Part shown: in pieces, positions 16,611 to 20,042 of the stretch
Layout: each line of letters starts with the position of its first letter
Position numbering within the stretch: position 1 is the stretch's first letter
Assembly: GCA_003661015.1 (NCBI GenBank)
Contig: QMVI01000005.1
Coordinates: forward strand, 1 to 20,042
Source: Methanosarcinales archaeon
GTDB taxonomy: Archaea; Halobacteriota; Methanosarcinia; DSM-18856; Methermicoccaceae
DNA: 20,042 nucleotides
Direction of reading: 5' to 3'
Position numbers and translations under genes: made by a program
The notes under the pieces: generated by a model
The model's input: the letters and a program-made list of their open reading frames with translations, nothing else
Told to the model about the DNA's origin: nothing
Database searches by the model: none

Positions 16611-18334
16611 CTTCCCCCCCGCCTTAAACCTATATCAATTACCTCAAGTGCCTCCTCCACAGTGAGAATCTCCTCTGGCACACCATATCTTCTGAAAGAT
16701 TGTATCATCCTGTTTATCTGGGGTGAAAATAGGAGGGCGTTGGCAAGCCCCTTATGTTTCTCATCATCTATTACAATCTTACCTTCACTCATTATTACTG
16801 CTCTGTCTCCATGTCTTGCAGCAGTTTCAACATCGTGTGTCGAGTATATCACTGTCCTCCCATTTTTTCTGTACCCATCCAGTATTTTCATAATGTATTC
16901 CTTGAGTGAGAAATCGAGCCCTCTCGTTGGCTCATCGAGTATCAGTATCTCTGGCTTGAATGCAAGAACACTCGCTATCGCAACTCTCTGTTTCTCTCCT
17001 CCAGACAGACTTCTTGGATAGCAATCTCTGTATCTCTCGAGTTTTAACAGTTTGAGAACCTCCTTCACCCTTTCTTCGATGTTATCGTATCCCATACTCT
17101 TGAGTGGGAATGCGACCTCTTCAAAAACGGTATCCGCAATTAAGTGGTCATTTGGATTCTGAAAAACGAATCCAACATGTCTTGCAAGCTCAGCAACCGT
17201 TGCCTCCCTCGTATCAAGCCCACAGACCACCACTCTCCCTTTGCTGGGTATGTTGAGCCCTATCAGATGCTTTAGTAGGGTTGTCTTTCCAGATGCATTC
17301 CTTCCCAAGAGGGCAACAAACTCACCTTTCCGAACATTCAAACTCACACCCTTTAAGATGGGCTGGTCGTATTCATATCCGAACCATACATTCTCAATCG
17401 AGATAACAATTTTTCCCGTTTGGTGGTGTGTTTTTGGTTTCCACCCCACTCCATTGACCCTTCTGAAGAGAGGTCTTAGAATCTTTCTCCCCTCCTTTAC
17501 CGTCAGAGGAATCTTGAACCCATCTCGGAGTACATCTGGCTCGTAATGTTCCATCACTTTGAGAGTCAAATCAACTACTGGAGGGATTTCTGTACCAGTC
17601 TCTCTCAATCTTTCGTCTCTCATGACTTCTCTTGGCTCTCCATCGGCGATTATCCTACCCCTGTTCATCACAATCACTCTGTCAACAAGATGCATCACTC
17701 TGTCGAGTCTGTGTTCTATCAGTATGACCGTGATACCGAGTTCATCGTTTAACCTCTCCACAACTTTTAAGACATCCTCTGCCCCCTGCGGGTCTAACTC
17801 ACTTGTCGGCTCGTCAAGAACAAGTACATTTGGATGAAGTGCAAGAACACTCGCTATCGCAACTCTCTGTTTCTCTCCTCCAGACAGTTCTTTCGGATGT
17901 TTCTTTCTCAGATGAAGTATCCCAACCGTATCGAGAGCTTCTTCAATCCTCTTTCCTATCACATCCTTTGGCAGTCCTATGTTCTCAAGACCAAATGCTA
18001 TTTCTCTCTCTACTTCCATTGATACCAGCTGATTCTCTGGGTCTTGGAAAACGAATCCAACATGTCTTGCAAGCTCAGCAACCGTTGCCTCCCTCGTATC
18101 AAGCCCACAGACCACCACTCTCCCCCCAAATTTTCCTCCATGAAAATGAGGAACAAGACCATTGAGACATCTTGCAAGCGTACTCTTACCCGAGCCAGAG
18201 GGACCTGCAAGAAGCACAAACTCTCCCTCATCGATTGCAATACTCACATCCACTAAAGCGGGCGTCTGACTTCCCGAGTATGTAAAGTGCAGTCCTTCTG
18301 TGAGAACAATTCCTTCTCCGCATTCTCTGTTCAT
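16607..18334 (-). CDS. ecfA: Fused tandem ECF-transporter ATPase (EcfA-EcfA', two ABC domains)
   Basis: Two complete ABC cassettes: Walker A (GPSGSGKST and GRNASGKTT), two LSGGEKQRVAIASVLA signatures, and two Walker B motifs (LVLDEPTS and LILDEPTR). The start is placed at ATG 18334 (MNRECGEGIV...), which overlaps the ecfT TGA (ATGA). The track start at 18382 lies inside ecfT. Confidence 0.9.
   Translation of the reverse strand: MNRECGEGIVLTEGLHFTYSGSQTPALVDVSIAIDEGEFVLLAGPSGSGKSTLARCLNGLVPHFHGGKFGGRVVVCGLDTREATVAELARHVGFVFQDPENQLVSMEVEREIAFGLENIGLPKDVIGKRIEEALDTVGILHLRKKHPKELSGGEKQRVAIASVLALHPNVLVLDEPTSELDPQGAEDVLKVVERLNDELGITVILIEHRLDRVMHLVDRVIVMNRGRIIADGEPREVMRDERLRETGTEIPPVVDLTLKVMEHYEPDVLRDGFKIPLTVKEGRKILRPLFRRVNGVGWKPKTHHQTGKIVISIENVWFGYEYDQPILKGVSLNVRKGEFVALLGRNASGKTTLLKHLIGLNIPSKGRVVVCGLDTREATVAELARHVGFVFQNPNDHLIADTVFEEVAFPLKSMGYDNIEERVKEVLKLLKLERYRDCYPRSLSGGEKQRVAIASVLAFKPEILILDEPTRGLDFSLKEYIMKILDGYRKNGRTVIYSTHDVETAARHGDRAVIMSEGKIVIDDEKHKGLANALLFSPQINRMIQSFRRYGVPEEILTVEEALEVIDIGLRRGGR
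16961..17008. repeat. 48-nt perfect direct repeat, copy A (ABC signature region)
   Basis: Identical to 17840-17887. It encodes LSGGEKQRVAIASVLA. Confidence 0.95.
17163..17239. repeat. 77-nt perfect direct repeat, copy A (C-terminal ABC half)
   Basis: Identical to 18048-18124. It encodes GRVVVCGLDTREATVAELARHVGFVFQ in both halves of the fused ATPase, and the flanking bases differ. Confidence 0.95.
17840..17887. repeat. 48-nt perfect direct repeat, copy B (ABC signature region)
   Basis: Identical to 16961-17008, at an offset of 879 nt (in frame). Confidence 0.95.
18048..18124. repeat. 77-nt perfect direct repeat, copy B (N-terminal ABC half)
   Basis: Identical to 17163-17239, at an offset of 885 nt (in frame). 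Confidence 0.95.
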
Positions 18335-19266
18335 TGATGACCTCCATGAGCCAGTGGTTCTGAGGAATTGTACGTAATCCACACAGATACATAGGGTATG
18401 ACCAGCATAGAAAACAGCAAGACACCGAGGATTATTGACTCGAGTTCAATTGGAGAAAGTACAGGATAGTATTCATATATGCCATAACCGAGAAATCTTG
18501 CAATTATTCCCACGAGGAGAGTTGAAAAAATAAATACGCTTACGAGTTTATCTGCATTGGAAAGTTTCAGTTCTTTATAGAATGTTCTTTTTTTGTTCTC
18601 TCCAAAAGCTCTTGCCTCCATCGCCTCTGCAATTTCAACACTTCTCTCGAGTGAGTTTGCCAGCAGAGGCACAAGCACAGGAAATCTGTTTTTTATTCTT
18701 TTGATTATTGAGCCTCTATCGAGTTCAAGTCCTCTTGTTCTCTGTACGTCTGTGATTGTCTCAACATCAGAAAGCAGAGTGGGTATGAATCTTGATGAGA
18801 GGGATACAATTAGCACAGATTTGTATGGCACCTTCATTTTTAACATCAACATGAGAATATCGTCTGGATGCACACTCACAGTTATGATTGCAAATGCAGA
18901 TAGGATAACAAGCAATCTAACACCCATCATGATACCATAGAAGAGTGCTTCAAGTGTTATGACCGGAGAACCAAAGAAAGGCAGGTCATATCCGAGACTG
19001 TACAAAATATGCTCACCATTGTGATTGAATGCGATGTTTAGCAGAACTATCACCGGAATGAAAAAAAGTCCGAACTTAACAAAGAATGACCACTCTTTGA
19101 TTATTTTTCCAAATACTGCTGGCGGTATTGTTGCAACAAAAAGCAATATCAAAACAACGGGATTGTCAAAAATAAGGCTCAGTATTAGGATTGTGATTGC
19201 CCATATTATCTTTGGCATTGCATTCATCCTGTGAATCGGCGTGTTTGCCTCTTTATAGACCATCAT
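18331..19266 (-). CDS. ecfT: ECF-transporter transmembrane T component (EcfT/CbiQ family)
   Basis: Polytopic membrane protein with the coupling-helix region (SSRFIPTLLSDVETITDVQRTRG...RSVEIAEAMEARAF), matching the Ala-Arg-Gly-type motifs of EcfT/CbiQ. The start is placed at ATG 19266 (MMVYKE...), overlapping the upstream TGA (ATGA). Confidence 0.85.
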   Translation of the reverse strand: MMVYKEANTPIHRMNAMPKIIWAITILILSLIFDNPVVLILLFVATIPPAVFGKIIKEWSFFVKFGLFFIPVIVLLNIAFNHNGEHILYSLGYDLPFFGSPVITLEALFYGIMMGVRLLVILSAFAIITVSVHPDDILMLMLKMKVPYKSVLIVSLSSRFIPTLLSDVETITDVQRTRGLELDRGSIIKRIKNRFPVLVPLLANSLERSVEIAEAMEARAFGENKKRTFYKELKLSNADKLVSVFIFSTLLVGIIARFLGYGIYEYYPVLSPIELESIILGVLLFSMLVIPYVSVWITYNSSEPLAHGGHQ

Positions 19267-19730
19267 GGTACTGGAATCACCTCTCCATTCACAACCACAC
19301 ACGCATACCTGTATCTTATTTCATCCGGGTTCAGAAGCACATTTACACCGCCCTCAACCTCCTCGGCAGTGGTACCAGCCACCACCATCACCATATTCTC
19401 ATTGGCAGCAGTTCCCTTTGGATTCCAAGGGTTGTTTACTGCAACTATAACACATCCATCATCGTATTCCCTTCCATTAACCGTCACAACCTTTCCATTC
19501 TCGATATATGCGTACAAATTGAGTCTCTGAGCTATGGAGAAGATATGGGATGCTGGCTCAAATGATGCATCCCCTATCAGTATCAGATTGTCTTTTTTCT
19601 TCTCATCATCCTTCAACTCATCCCATCTCTTTACCTTCACACTTGCCCCAGCACCTTCAAGATATTTCTTTATCTTCTCAGCATCATCATTGAATCCGTT
19701 TTGATAGACTATGATTGTATCTCTAACCAT
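19263..19730 (-). CDS. Hypothetical soluble protein/domain; either a separate 155-aa protein or the C-terminal domain of the DUF4430 protein if TAG 19737-19739 is decoded
   Basis: ORF MVRDTIIVYQNGFNDDAEKIKKYLEGAG...VVNGEVIPVP. I recognise no family. It is in the same frame as the upstream DUF4430 ORF, separated by TAG-AAC-GGC. Stop is TGA, overlapping the ecfT start. Confidence 0.6.
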   Translation of the reverse strand: MVRDTIIVYQNGFNDDAEKIKKYLEGAGASVKVKRWDELKDDEKKKDNLILIGDASFEPASHIFSIAQRLNLYAYIENGKVVTVNGREYDDGCVIVAVNNPWNPKGTAANENMVMVVAGTTAEEVEGGVNVLLNPDEIRYRYACVVVNGEVIPVP

Positions 19731-19736
19731 GCCGTT

Positions 19737-20042
19737 CTATCCATGCACGAAGGGCTCTGGATATGCACCTACCATCGCCACCCTTCCATAGGTCTCCCAT
19801 GCGTGATAATCCCATATCTCGAAATCCCCGGGGTGGAGTACGTACTGGGCTGCTCCTACCTCTGCAAAAAACCCGTTTATGGTGTAGAACCAATCCACCT
19901 TTTCACCCATCTTGAATAGGGATTCATGTCCGTTTATTGCCTCTACAAATCCACCCCCATAAGCTGTTTTAACAGATGCAACTTTTTTCAGGGCATCCAT
20001 TGCAGTGGTTTTACCTTCTTCTATCTCAACCTCTTTGTCGAG
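19737..20042 (-). CDS. DUF4430 (transcobalamin-like C-terminal domain) protein; N-terminus outside the window; the frame meets a TAG at 19737-19739
   Basis: Open frame from the window edge: LDKEVEIEEGKTTAMDALKKVASVKTAYGGGFVEAINGHES...DWFYTINGFFAEVGAAQYVLHPGDFEIWDY. This matches the DUF4430 pattern (t.a.d.L......G.fv..I.G......W.y.vNg....vga..y.l..GD.i.w.Y). Confidence 0.7.
   Translation of the reverse strand, partial: LDKEVEIEEGKTTAMDALKKVASVKTAYGGGFVEAINGHESLFKMGEKVDWFYTINGFFAEVGAAQYVLHPGDFEIWDYHAWETYGRVAMVGAYPEPFVHG

Noticed and set aside
16270-18256. Numerous plus-strand ORFs across the ECF genes (e.g. 16270..16665, 16662..17021, 17803..18165)
   Set aside because: All are antisense to strongly supported ABC ATPase or membrane-component frames, and their compositions are Ser/Leu/Pro-rich.
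18335-19302. Track start codons 18382 (ATPase) and 19302 (EcfT), which give long overlaps with the upstream genes
   Set aside because: Internal ATGs at 18334 and 19266 form canonical ATGA stop/start overlaps. The extensions (MDYVQFLRTTGSWRSS, MCGCEWRGDSST) have no family support.
1-20042. Selenocysteine (TGA) recoding or programmed frameshifting
   Set aside because: No conserved gene is interrupted by an in-frame TGA or requires a frame change. The FwdB-like protein has Tyr, not TGA, at the Cys/Sec ligand position.

Overview
This window is a densely packed archaeal (euryarchaeote-like) chromosomal core region with no mobile elements, CRISPR arrays, tRNAs or rRNAs. I can support about 20 protein genes and one RNA gene.

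Genes in map order:
- biotin carboxylase (partial)
- ThiDN
- RNase P RNA
- CobT
- a HerA/DUF87 ATPase translationally coupled to UbiX
- an orphan FwdB-like protein
- a cdrS-like RHH gene upstream of ftsZ
- a PAS sensor histidine kinase
- a radA / HAD phosphatase / trm5 cluster
- a KaiC-like ATPase divergent from a TPR protein
- a translationally coupled ECF-transporter operon (DUF4430 protein, unknown domain, EcfT, fused EcfA-EcfA', S component)

Main finding: TAG does not behave as a stop codon here.
- Three clearly conserved single-domain or fused enzymes (ThiDN, CobT, Trm5) are each interrupted by exactly one in-frame TAG inside a conserved region. The same frame continues on both sides.
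- A fourth TAG joins the DUF4430 ORF in frame to the next ORF.
- The only other in-frame TAG, at the apparent ThiDN end, is followed by 7 more codons and a TGA.
- All 16 unambiguous gene ends use TGA (10) or TAA (6).
- No gene shows a frameshift or an in-frame TGA or TAA.

This argues for TAG reassignment or efficient suppression. Pyrrolysine is the only archaeal precedent, but the amino acid cannot be determined from this window, and no pyl genes or suppressor tRNA are present in it.

Secondary observations:
- perfect 77-nt and 48-nt gene-conversion tracts between the two halves of the fused ECF ATPase
- an FwdB-like protein with Tyr in place of the pterin-metal Cys ligand
- a repeat-rich putative operator upstream of cdrS-ftsZ
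- RNase P RNA whose P1 helix strands are overlapped by the ends of both flanking genes

All coordinates and translations were worked out by hand from the sequence. Family assignments rest on recognised motifs, not on database searches.
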